Positions 26,778-35,834 of a stretch of DNA of 64,000 nucleotides are shown in pieces; position 1 is the stretch's first letter, and every line of letters starts with the position of its first letter. The notes under the pieces are model-generated. The model saw only the letters and a list, made by a program, of their open reading frames with translations, searched no databases and was not told the DNA's origin. Origin of the DNA: Marispirochaeta sp. (GTDB taxonomy: Bacteria; Spirochaetota; Spirochaetia; JC444; Marispirochaetaceae). The position numbers and the translations under genes were made by a program. The DNA lies in assembly GCA_963676835.2 (NCBI GenBank), contig CAXXFF010000001.1:736001-800000 (forward strand), given 5' to 3'.

Positions 26778-28130
26778 TTAAAATGTGTCTTTACCGGCGG
26801 CTTTGTATTCAAAAAGGGATTCAACCATATGCGCAAAGAGTACGCCGGATGCACAGAGAGTACCATAAAAGAGTCCGTTATACAAAACTGCTTTCTGTGA
26901 AATTCCCGTATCGTCATAAAGAACCGCCTGGTTCCAGTAGTCTGTATAAAGAGAATAACTGAACATGGTCAGTGGAAGGGAGAGAGTAAACAAGCCAACA
27001 GAATTGTAAAGCTTATCCTTCTTTTCCTTCATTCTCATTGATGTACTGTAGAGTTCCATCTCAAGTTCAAAGCTGTTCTTGCCGCGTGGGATGTCGTCTG
27101 CCGGAAGCATAATGCTGCGGTAGCCTTCAAGATCGATACGTATCGTCCCCCCTCGGCCGGTATCGGGTAGAAACAGAGGTGTGGTGCCAACCCAGCGGCT
27201 GGAAAGATACACATCCGCTCCTGCAGGGAAACTGCTTATACCCACAAGGGGAGCCGGTACCGGGTTCAAATTTATTTCAAGACGATTCTCCTCTCCCGGT
27301 TTCAGTGCAACAGTCTGCTCCACGCTTTCCGCCGCTTCAGCATGTATCTCCAGGCGGTACTCCCCGGGAGGGAAAATCTTTTCGTACAGCGAGCCGACCC
27401 CCGTCAGAGTTGAGTCGATATACAGGGATGCGTCGCTTCTGTTGGTAATAACCGTCAGGCTGCTCCAGGGCCCGCCGATAACCTGCTCCCGGATCGCTCC
27501 CTTTGCCTGATTAAGAGCTCCCTCAAGGGAGGTAAAACCGGCGGTGGAGAAATAAAACCTGCGCCAGAATCCTTCGGCTGCTGTATAACTGCGAAGACTG
27601 AAATAGATCAGGTCTCCAATTGGTTCGATTGTCCCGCTGATAAGCATATCAATACTATTATTCCGGCAGTAGGCAGCCGTATCTTCAGGCAGGTTCTTCA
27701 ATTCACCGGGCACATTTTTAATCTTGAGCTTCAGAAGCTCAAAGTCTGCTTCAGCTGTCTGTGGTTCTTCTGCCACCTCAGCTTCATCAGATCCCTCGCC
27801 GAGCCCCTCCCGGAGACGGGATAATGAGGCTTTCCGGGCTGCCGCAGCCTTGTCGGTCTCCCGGGACCGGTGATCTTCCCGACGCAGATACTCCCGGCGC
27901 ACTGTTTTTTCGGCGTCGCTCAGATAGTGGTATTCGATTCCGGCCAGTGAGTGCAGCAGCAGCCGCGGGAGTGCTTCTGAGAGGTAGAGATGCTCAGCAC
28001 CGAGGCCGGCTGAAGGAAAACGGGTAATCTCAACGGCATATTCAGATGTTTCTGAATCCTCTGCCGGAAGAGTAAGGACTGAAAGTGAAAATACGAGAAC
28101 TGCCGCTGTTCTTCGCCAACAGGTTTTCAT
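26778..28130 (-). CDS. PEGA-domain protein (signal peptide, C-terminal hydrophobic segments)
   Basis: Start reassigned to MKTCWRR (28130, ATGA overlap with the receiver gene). PEGA motif SSFPAGADVYL...VGTTP. Confidence 0.8.
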   Translation of the reverse strand: MKTCWRRTAAVLVFSLSVLTLPAEDSETSEYAVEITRFPSAGLGAEHLYLSEALPRLLLHSLAGIEYHYLSDAEKTVRREYLRREDHRSRETDKAAAARKASLSRLREGLGEGSDEAEVAEEPQTAEADFELLKLKIKNVPGELKNLPEDTAAYCRNNSIDMLISGTIEPIGDLIYFSLRSYTAAEGFWRRFYFSTAGFTSLEGALNQAKGAIREQVIGGPWSSLTVITNRSDASLYIDSTLTGVGSLYEKIFPPGEYRLEIHAEAAESVEQTVALKPGEENRLEINLNPVPAPLVGISSFPAGADVYLSSRWVGTTPLFLPDTGRGGTIRIDLEGYRSIMLPADDIPRGKNSFELEMELYSTSMRMKEKKDKLYNSVGLFTLSLPLTMFSYSLYTDYWNQAVLYDDTGISQKAVLYNGLFYGTLCASGVLFAHMVESLFEYKAAGKDTF

Positions 28131-28495
28131 CCTGCAGTTTTCAGTGCCTTTGATACAGCGGAAACAATTCTGTCGGGCTTGAAGGGCTTTACCACAAAAT
28201 CCCTGGCACCCAGCCGTATTGCCTTGAGAATGGTACTTTCCTGCCCCATGGCGGAGCACATAATTATTCTGGCCGATGGATCACGCCGGCGGATGGCCCT
28301 TAAAACAGTCAGCCCGTCCATTTCCGGCATGGTAATATCGAGAAGAACAACATCGGGACGAATCTTGAAATAGCGGCGAAACCCTTCCCTGCCGTTGTCG
28401 GCCTCACCGGCGACCTGAATTCCCGCCTGAGAGAGTATATCCCGCAGAGCAGTGCGCATAAACTCAAGGTCGTCGACAATAAGAACTCCGCTCAT
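28127..28495 (-). CDS. Single-domain response regulator, CheY-like
   Basis: VDD, phosphoacceptor LLDITMPEMDG, SAMGQ, FVVKPF. Confidence 0.92.
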   Translation of the reverse strand: MSGVLIVDDLEFMRTALRDILSQAGIQVAGEADNGREGFRRYFKIRPDVVLLDITMPEMDGLTVLRAIRRRDPSARIIMCSAMGQESTILKAIRLGARDFVVKPFKPDRIVSAVSKALKTAG

Positions 28496-29599
28496 CCCTT
28501 CTTCATTTTCCAGGTAAAATTAAGATAACTTTCGATAAACTGATCGAGATCCCCGTCCATTACAGCCTGAACATTTCCGGTCTCATGCTTGGTCCGGTGA
28601 TCCTTGACCATATTATAGGGATGAAAAACATACGAGCGGATCTGGTTCCCCCAGGAAATATCCTTTTTCTCCTGGGCACTCTTTTCCTGCTCCGCTTCCT
28701 GTTCGGCTTTGTAGTGTTCATACAGCCGGGATTTAAGCATCTTCATGGCGGTGGCACGGTTTTTATGCTGGCTTCGCTCATTCTGACACTGCACCACAAT
28801 ATTGGTGGGAATATGGGTAATTCTGACGGCGGAATCGGTTTTGTTAACGTGCTGTCCACCGGCACCCTGGGCCCGGTAGGTATCCACCCTCAGATCTTCC
28901 GGCTTTATATCCACATCAATGTCATCTTCAATAACCGGTGATGCATATACCGATGCAAATGATGTATGCCGCCGTTTTGATGAATCAAAGGGAGAAATCC
29001 GCACCAGACGGTGAATACCGGTTTCACATTTGAGATAGCCGTGGGCATATTCTCCTTTGATCTGCATGGTAACTGATTTGATTCCACCCTCTGCTTCCAG
29101 CAGATCCAGAATTTCCAGCTTAAACCCCTTGCGCTCTATCCATCGGGTATACATACGGTAGAGCATACTTACCCAGTCACAGGCTTCAGTACCCCCTGCC
29201 CCGGAGTGAATGGTAAGAAAAACAGGATTTGGATCCAGCTCATCGGAAAGCATATCCATAAGCCGGAGCTTACTGTATTCAGATCTCAGTGTTTCAAGAC
29301 TGCCGGCTATTTCATCCTCAACGGAGGAGTCGTCCTCCTCTACAGCCATCTGGTAAAGCTCTTCAAGCTCTTCCACCTGCTCTTTCAGCTCTTTCCAGGG
29401 CGCAAAGGAACGCTTGAGACTGTTAATTTCTGCCAGCATTTTTTCCGCGGTTTCGCGGTCATTCCAGAAATCGGGCTCTGCTGTTACAGCTTCCTTTTCC
29501 CGGATGGAGTGTTCGATTCTTTCCGGGTCAAAGACCCCTCCAGACATCGTATATTTCAGACTTCAGGTTTTTAATCGGATCATTCAGTTCACTTAACAT
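28492..29599 (-). CDS. prfB: Peptide chain release factor 2 with programmed +1 frameshift
   Basis: Short ORF1 from ATG 29599 (MLSELNDPIKNLKSEIYDVWRGL) ends CTT TGA C at 29533-29527. The +1 frame carries the SPF and GGQ motifs. Confidence 0.97.
29527..29542 (-). promoter_or_regulatory. RF2 frameshift cassette (internal SD + CTT TGA C)
   Basis: Minus strand TGGAGGGGT-CTT-TGA-C. Confidence 0.95.
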
Positions 29600-29612
29600 A
29601 TGCTTTTCCTTG

Positions 29613-29882
29613 TCAGTCTAAGATAAGCCGCCGCCAGCGCTTGCCCTTGAGAGAGGTAATTACCAGGGTCTCCTCCAGGGGAAACTGATAAAACCGGATT
29701 GAATCAAAGGAATCACAGACCCGGTCAATATCACGCTTCAGCCGGGAAAGGGTATTTTCCGGTATGGAACGGGATTCCCACACACCTTCCTGAATCTTCT
29801 CAAAGCCGTACCAGCCGAGAAGCTTGATCACCTCGGAAGAGTGGTCGTCATCTGCAAAATCGCATGCAACGGCTACAAACAT
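29613..29882 (-). CDS. Stand-alone Cas2-like (Cas2/VapD ferredoxin-fold) protein
   Basis: 89 aa. Hydrophobic beta1 ending in Asp8 (MFVAVACD), then LLGWYGFEKIQEGVWE (cf. L..yG..rvQ.SVFe) and DSIRFY. Confidence 0.75.
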   Translation of the reverse strand: MFVAVACDFADDDHSSEVIKLLGWYGFEKIQEGVWESRSIPENTLSRLKRDIDRVCDSFDSIRFYQFPLEETLVITSLKGKRWRRLILD

Positions 29883-29891
29883 CGTGATCTG

Positions 29892-29920
29892 AGTTTACCC
29901 GGAAAGCGGTGCAGGAGCAA
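29892..29920 (-). promoter_or_regulatory. Sigma70-like promoter for the cas2-like/prfB gene string
   Basis: TTGCTC-N17-TAAACT, 9 nt upstream of the ATG. Confidence 0.5.
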
Positions 29921-30006
29921 GCGCAATAAATGGCCGGGTACAGCCTATTGAGAACGGCTATGGATTAATGATTTTTTTTCCGATAAGAATAGAAGGAAAC
30001 TCTGTT

Positions 30007-31242
30007 ATGAAAAGAAATAAACTGTTCTATCTGTCGGCATTACTCCTCTTTGCATCTACCCTTATCTACTCCCAGAACGGAGATATATTCTCACCCTTTC
30101 CCTCAAGCCTGAGAATATCGCCCCGGGCTAATGGTATTCAGCTTACCTGGAGGGATTCCCCCGACGTTTTTGAAAGCTATGAGATTTACCGCTACACAGA
30201 AGAGATAACAGAGGAGAATTTCCATCTGGCCGAAAAAGCAGGCCAGGTTCCACCGGGAACCTCCACATTTACCGACTATCCGGGAGATGAACAAACCTAT
30301 TTTTATGCGGTACTCCTGAACAACCCCGACGGCGGACTGTACGAACTTTTCATTCCCTTCAGGAATAAATCCGTGGTCGGAGCAGCTGCAACACAGATAA
30401 AAAACGAAGAGGAGATCGCCGCAGAAATTACCCGTATAGGCTCATCTGTATCAGGTGATTCAATTCAGGTAAGCTATAAATCCAACAGGGGAGACAGAAC
30501 CCTGCTTATATACCGGCATACCGACCCCATTGCCTCGGTAGACAACCTGCTTGAAGCAAGCCGCATCGCAGTCGTACAGAGTGACACCGGCAGCTACACC
30601 GATTACCCGATACCGGGCATCCAGTACTACTATGGTGTATTCGACAGCAAGCTTCTCCAGACCGGAACCTTCAGCTTTAATCCGGGAGAAAACATTACCA
30701 CAAGTCCCGTAAAAATATCCGCCACATCAGAACGTCCCGGACTGGCTGCGCCGGCAATCAGCCTCAGGTCTCCACCACTGCCGAATCTGATTATCCAGAA
30801 GGGAATTGAAAGCGGAAAACCCCTCACAGCATCACTTGCTCTTATTGCGCCCTCCAGGAAAGAGGTAAACCCAGAGACTGAGATTGCCATACAGGGATTA
30901 TTAAGCCTCCTTCCGGAACAGAAGCTTATCGAACCGCAGCCTGCAGTACTGCCGCAGCACATACATGGTGGACTCGAAGGAGCCGCCTATACCCTGGGGC
31001 TGATCCTCAAGGAACAGTTTCTTAAAGAAGATTATAAAGCGGCATCAGAATCTCTTGCCAACTTCCTTTCCATCCGGAGAACTCCGCAGATTGAAACCGC
31101 CGCCCGTTTTTACTACGGCCAGGCTCTCTATATGAACGGTGAGTACAATGATGCATTCTATGAATTTCTGGTGGCGGAAGAAGAATATTATCCCGAATCT
31201 CAAGTCTGGATAAACCGGATTTACCGGCATCTCAGATCGTAA
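30007..31242 (+). CDS. Exported hypothetical protein: two Fn3-like repeats + C-terminal TPR-like helices
   Basis: Start MKRNK after SD AAGGA; signal peptide; repeated YxIYR...FTDYP...YFYAV / IYRH...YTDYP...YYYGV; ARFYYGQALY. Confidence 0.75.
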   Translation: MKRNKLFYLSALLLFASTLIYSQNGDIFSPFPSSLRISPRANGIQLTWRDSPDVFESYEIYRYTEEITEENFHLAEKAGQVPPGTSTFTDYPGDEQTYFYAVLLNNPDGGLYELFIPFRNKSVVGAAATQIKNEEEIAAEITRIGSSVSGDSIQVSYKSNRGDRTLLIYRHTDPIASVDNLLEASRIAVVQSDTGSYTDYPIPGIQYYYGVFDSKLLQTGTFSFNPGENITTSPVKISATSERPGLAAPAISLRSPPLPNLIIQKGIESGKPLTASLALIAPSRKEVNPETEIAIQGLLSLLPEQKLIEPQPAVLPQHIHGGLEGAAYTLGLILKEQFLKEDYKAASESLANFLSIRRTPQIETAARFYYGQALYMNGEYNDAFYEFLVAEEEYYPESQVWINRIYRHLRS

Positions 31243-31248
31243 ACGGCC

Positions 31249-33165
31249 TTAGAGTTTATCTACCTTTAACTGAACCACGGTCTCCCATGTCTCTGAAGGT
31301 CCAAGTTCCAGGGGCCATTGGAGAAGCACGGCGTGCTGCTGGTACTCCTCTGCCATCCCGGCAAGTGTCAGGTACTCAAGTACCATTGGAACAGCTTTCC
31401 AGGTGAATGTCTTATCCGAATTCAGGGACATCCTGCTTTTAATACCTTTATCCATGAAAATGACTGCCGTATCATCGGGATCCCCCGGATTTTCACCGGT
31501 ACTGATTGCCAGATTTTCAGGATCGGAAAAGGCAAAGTTCATTTCACTGGCAAAGAAACGTTTAAACGGCTCATCGCCGGTATTGGTAACTTTGTAGGTT
31601 ACATGCAGGGTGTTTTTTCTGAATGAGAAATCCTTTTTCAGAGTAATCGGTATTTCGCTGTCTCCCTGTCTGATACGACATTCTGCACCGAGGCAGACCT
31701 GACGCCGCTCACGGTCAATAGACTCCTCGGAATAGAGCAGCCCCATCAAATCACATTCATCATCCCCGGGACGCCGATCAATAAAATCTTCGCCCTGCTC
31801 CTCTTTTACAATGCGGTCCATGAAAGATCGACGGGGGTATGCATCCGGAGTTGAGCTGCCGCTGCGGTATACCTCGTTATGCCGGGACATGGTGGCGCCG
31901 AAATTCCAGGAAGCCGGGAAGTAATCAAGCTCAAAAAGGGTTCCGCCCTTCTGATGCAGGTAGGCGTTTATATTGGTTCCCCGGTATAGATACTCCTGGA
32001 GTCCGTCCATATCAAAATCGGTGATAAAGACAGAGGGTTTGAAAATGCCCCGCTCTTTGGTTACTTTTTCAGCTTCCAGCAGGGAGTGATATGCTGCATT
32101 ACGGTAAATACGGCGATAGATACCGCCGTCTGCTCCATGCCAGTAGGCTTCATTGCTCTGGGCCTTCCAGAGCTCTTCTCTGGCGGTTTTCTTTCTGGAC
32201 CGATCCCCTTTAATCTGATTAACCAGCAGACTGGTGTACATCATTTTACTGTAAAGGGCGTTCCCTTCGGGATAACGGGTCAGAAAGTACCGGTAAGACC
32301 CCGACGGCAGAACAGAGCTGTCAGGATACTCGTATTCATCAGTGGCAGCACCTTCCTCCAGCCAGTGCATGAGACTCTGGAAGGTGATACTGGAAAAATA
32401 GTGCTTATTCAGTGCCTTAAACTGCCGGGTACAACGAACGGGCCTGAAAGTGGCCACTTCACTGCTCCGGTTCTCAATTTCCTGAAAAAACTGCTCGTAC
32501 CATTCCAGGCTCTTCTGAGGTTCCAGGTTGAGACAGATAACCTCACTCCCGGTATTGCGGTAGATAAGCCTGAGTTCATCCACAAAGGTTACGGTATCGA
32601 TATTGCCTATTCTCCCGGAGAGCCCTGCGGAAACCGGATAGACAATTATACTTTTACCCAGATCCTCAGTAAAAGCAGGCATATACAGCTCTTTTCCGCG
32701 GCAGCCGGCTTCGGCAAAATAGCTGTCCGGCAGGAAAATATACTCAAAGCCGGCACTTTTGAGTGTACTGGCAAGAGAAGGCTCCCATACATCACCGGGC
32801 AAGAGACCTCCCCGTGGACGTCTGCCAAAGCGCTTGCGAATAAAAGTTGTCAGGTATTCAATCTGTCCAAGCCTGTCCTGGCTTGGAACAAGAGGAAGAA
32901 AGGCTTCGTACTGCACACCACCCAGGAGTTCTATCTGCTTCCTTTTCGATAAATCATTCAGAAGCATAAGGAACTCCGGGTGACGGTTCTCGAGCCATTC
33001 GAGAAGATTTCCGGAGTAGTATAACCACATGTATACACCGGGATGATTATAAAGAAGGGTAAGAAAAGGCTTATACATTGACTGGTAAGCCTTCTCAAAC
33101 TCCTCTTCCGTCGTCCCAACAGGGAGACTGTTTCGCATCCCGAGAACTAACTTTTGGCTCGGCAT
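31249..33165 (-). CDS. GH57 4-alpha-glucanotransferase-like protein (DUF1925/DUF1926 tail), catalytic residues apparently lost
   Basis: YSGNLLEWL, IELLGG.YE, VWEP, AQSNEAYWHG, DFDMDG, GGTLFELD. Confidence 0.85.
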   Translation of the reverse strand: MPSQKLVLGMRNSLPVGTTEEEFEKAYQSMYKPFLTLLYNHPGVYMWLYYSGNLLEWLENRHPEFLMLLNDLSKRKQIELLGGVQYEAFLPLVPSQDRLGQIEYLTTFIRKRFGRRPRGGLLPGDVWEPSLASTLKSAGFEYIFLPDSYFAEAGCRGKELYMPAFTEDLGKSIIVYPVSAGLSGRIGNIDTVTFVDELRLIYRNTGSEVICLNLEPQKSLEWYEQFFQEIENRSSEVATFRPVRCTRQFKALNKHYFSSITFQSLMHWLEEGAATDEYEYPDSSVLPSGSYRYFLTRYPEGNALYSKMMYTSLLVNQIKGDRSRKKTAREELWKAQSNEAYWHGADGGIYRRIYRNAAYHSLLEAEKVTKERGIFKPSVFITDFDMDGLQEYLYRGTNINAYLHQKGGTLFELDYFPASWNFGATMSRHNEVYRSGSSTPDAYPRRSFMDRIVKEEQGEDFIDRRPGDDECDLMGLLYSEESIDRERRQVCLGAECRIRQGDSEIPITLKKDFSFRKNTLHVTYKVTNTGDEPFKRFFASEMNFAFSDPENLAISTGENPGDPDDTAVIFMDKGIKSRMSLNSDKTFTWKAVPMVLEYLTLAGMAEEYQQHAVLLQWPLELGPSETWETVVQLKVDKL

Positions 33166-33189
33166 TACAGAAAAAATCTATTTCCTTAT

Positions 33190-33999
33190 TTATTTTTTCT
33201 CAGCATTAATTATGCATTTAGGCGGACATTTCTCCGCCGCTGCCGTACGATCACCCTTCTGACTGTAGTCAATAGAAGCAAGAAAACTGTCGACGGCAAA
33301 GCCTCCCTCAGGAGACTGCTTTTCGCATAGCTTACACCCGATGCACCCTACTGTACAGTATTTCTTTGTAGCTGCACCTTTATCTTTCGAATTACAGGCG
33401 ACAATCCTGTCTGCTGAGTAGGGTATCATTTTTATTACCCCCGTGGGGCAAATGTCAACACATTTTCCGCAGGAAATACAAAGATCCTTGTTTACCCAGA
33501 CACAGTTATCTTCATCATAGGAGATTGCATCTACGGGACAGACTTTTATGCAGCTGCCGAGGCCGAGACATCCGTAGGAACAGGTTTTGTCTCCACCGAA
33601 AAGAAGATGGGCACTGACACAGTCTTCCACACCTTTGTACTCGAACTTATAGCTGGACCGGTCTTTGTTGCCGCGGCAGTGAACCTGGGCCACCATCTTT
33701 TCTTTGGTAAGATCAACTTCCTTGCCCAGAACCTTGCCGAGAGCTATCATTACCTCCTGTCCTCCGGGAGAACAGAGGCTTATATCAGCATCATTTTTAA
33801 CCATTCCCTCGGCATAACCGGAACAACCGGGATACCCGCAGGCTCCGCAGTTTACGCCGGGAAGAATACCCTCAACCTCTTCAATACGATGGTCTTTCTC
33901 AACAGCCAGTACCCGGGAGGCAACCGCCAGTCCGGTCCCGAAAAGGGCGCCGAGGATGCCGACCACAGCCAATGCATATAATGCAGGAATAACAATCAT
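33190..33999 (-). CDS. rnfB: Rnf complex subunit B
   Basis: LPGVNCGACGYPGC, GCLGLGSCIKVCP, CISCGKCVDICP. Confidence 0.95.
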   Translation of the reverse strand: MIVIPALYALAVVGILGALFGTGLAVASRVLAVEKDHRIEEVEGILPGVNCGACGYPGCSGYAEGMVKNDADISLCSPGGQEVMIALGKVLGKEVDLTKEKMVAQVHCRGNKDRSSYKFEYKGVEDCVSAHLLFGGDKTCSYGCLGLGSCIKVCPVDAISYDEDNCVWVNKDLCISCGKCVDICPTGVIKMIPYSADRIVACNSKDKGAATKKYCTVGCIGCKLCEKQSPEGGFAVDSFLASIDYSQKGDRTAAAEKCPPKCIINAEKK

Positions 34000-34008
34000 A
34001 AGGGCTCC

Positions 34009-34605
34009 TTATACTCCGGGGAAAAGGTTGGTCAGAAGAGTCTTGTCAAAGGCCATGAAGGCCATGGCCATAAGTCCGCCGGTGATAAAGGCAATGGAGA
34101 CTCCGCGAAAGGGCTTGGGTATCCATTCGGTATCCAGCTTCTCCCGGATGGTAGACATCAGCACTATGGCAAGAAGGAATCCGACGCCGGCGGAAAAACC
34201 GGCCACAAAACTTTCAGCAGCGTTGTAGCTGTTCTGAACGGCAATTACCGCCATACCCATTACCGCACAGTTGGTGGTAATAAGGGGAAGGTAGATACCG
34301 AGTGCCTTGTAGAGGGCGGGAGAAACCTTCTGGATAACCATTTCAACCAGCTGCACCAGGGATGCAATAACCAGAATAAACGATATGGTTCTCAGGAAAG
34401 TGATATCCAGGGGAACAAGAATCCAGTGGTAAATTGCCCAGGTTGCCAGGGTGGCAATGGACATAACAAAAATAACTGCAAACCCCATCCCTACTGCAGA
34501 CTCAACATTCTTGGAAACACCGACAAAGGGGCATATTCCAAGAAACTGGGTAAGGATAAAGTTGTTGATAAAAACAAAGGTTATAAATATTCCGATATAT
34601 ATCAT
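34009..34605 (-). CDS. rnfA: Rnf complex subunit A
   Basis: FLGICPF, LGIYLPLITTNCAV. Confidence 0.96.
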   Translation of the reverse strand: MIYIGIFITFVFINNFILTQFLGICPFVGVSKNVESAVGMGFAVIFVMSIATLATWAIYHWILVPLDITFLRTISFILVIASLVQLVEMVIQKVSPALYKALGIYLPLITTNCAVMGMAVIAVQNSYNAAESFVAGFSAGVGFLLAIVLMSTIREKLDTEWIPKPFRGVSIAFITGGLMAMAFMAFDKTLLTNLFPGV

Positions 34606-34608
34606 TGT

Positions 34609-35277
34609 TTACTCCGCGAGAGCGGCCTCCTTTGACTCATTCTTACCTGCGTCCGCAATTGTTTTGCGGTCTTCATAATAGTTGAGCAGAGCCTTCAGAT
34701 ATCCGATTACAAGCAGCGCACCCGCAGCAAGGGTCATTACCCGGGCAGGAGACTTGTACAGCAGGGGAATCTGTATTTCGCCGCCGAAGCCTAAGGCTGC
34801 GATGGGAAAAAGGGTAATAGTACCGTTACCGAGAACTTCCCGTACAAGTGCTATTACAACCAGGGCCAGGGTAAAACCGACACCCATTCCGAGGGCATCC
34901 ATTACCGACCGCCCTACGCCATTCTTGCTGGCAAAGGCTTCGGCCCGCCCGAGGATTACGCAGTTAACAACAATAAGGGGTACAAATACACCGAGACTGT
35001 TGTACAGGGCAGGAATATACGCCTGCATCACCATCTCAACGATGGTAACAAAGGAGGCGATTATTACAATATATGCGGGAATCCGCACCTTGTCGGGAAT
35101 AAACCCCTTCAGCAGGGAAACAAAAATATTTGATCCCAGCAGAACAAAAAGTGTTCCGGCACCCATACCGAGGGAATTGACCACCTTTGTGGAGACTCCC
35201 AGGGAGGGACAGAGGCCGAGCAGTACTACAAAAACAGGATTCTCTTTAAAAATCCCTTTGGTAAATTCCTTCAACAT
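34609..35277 (-). CDS. rnfE: Rnf complex subunit E
   Basis: LLGLCP, RIPAYI, PLIVVNCVILGRAEAFA. Confidence 0.96.
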   Translation of the reverse strand: MLKEFTKGIFKENPVFVVLLGLCPSLGVSTKVVNSLGMGAGTLFVLLGSNIFVSLLKGFIPDKVRIPAYIVIIASFVTIVEMVMQAYIPALYNSLGVFVPLIVVNCVILGRAEAFASKNGVGRSVMDALGMGVGFTLALVVIALVREVLGNGTITLFPIAALGFGGEIQIPLLYKSPARVMTLAAGALLVIGYLKALLNYYEDRKTIADAGKNESKEAALAE

Positions 35278-35834
35278 TATTTTCCTCCCAGGCTGATTAC
35301 GTATGCGGAACCTTCACCAAGAGCCCGTCCGATACCGGCAAAGGTGATGGTTGCACCGGAGATCGAGTCTGCCTGCTCCTGAGGAAGCTGACTTTTGCGG
35401 GCCGGCACCGGTTTGGTCGAACCTGTGCCCTTGTACATACGCATGTATTCAGGTTTTTCCGCCTCTTTTCCGAGGCCCGGGGTCTCCTGGTTCTCCATGA
35501 GTACAGAGGAGTGAATAGCACCGTCCGGCAGGTAACTTGCAAGGATATTCAGATCTCCACCGTAGCCAGAACCGACAAGACGAAGCACATAGCCCGCCTG
35601 TTCACCGGCAGAGTTGATAACCGGATAGTATCCCCGTACAACTTTACCGCCCTCAACAGGAACAAAGTCGCCGGCCTTCCCTTCGGGGATTACCGCCGAC
35701 AGGGCCTCCTGGAGCCTCTGAGCCTTGAGTTCCGCAATACGGGGAGCGGTAACCGCATTAGCCAGACCAAGACTGAAGGCTGCGATAGCACAGATAAGTG
35801 CAAGCTTTCCGCCTATTACAGTTAGCTGCTTCAT
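35277..35834 (-). CDS. rnfG: Rnf complex subunit G (FMN-binding)
   Basis: GYGG, ETPGLG, flavinylation motif DSISGAT. Confidence 0.93.
   Translation of the reverse strand: MKQLTVIGGKLALICAIAAFSLGLANAVTAPRIAELKAQRLQEALSAVIPEGKAGDFVPVEGGKVVRGYYPVINSAGEQAGYVLRLVGSGYGGDLNILASYLPDGAIHSSVLMENQETPGLGKEAEKPEYMRMYKGTGSTKPVPARKSQLPQEQADSISGATITFAGIGRALGEGSAYVISLGGK

Noticed and set aside
28492..29547. RF2 start at 29547 as given by the ORF track
   Set aside because: This ATG is out of frame with the real start; the frameshift cassette shows translation begins at 29599.
29000..31000. CRISPR array or other cas genes near the Cas2-like gene
   Set aside because: No regularly spaced 25-40 bp direct repeats and no cas1/cas3/cas9-type ORFs seen here or elsewhere in the window.
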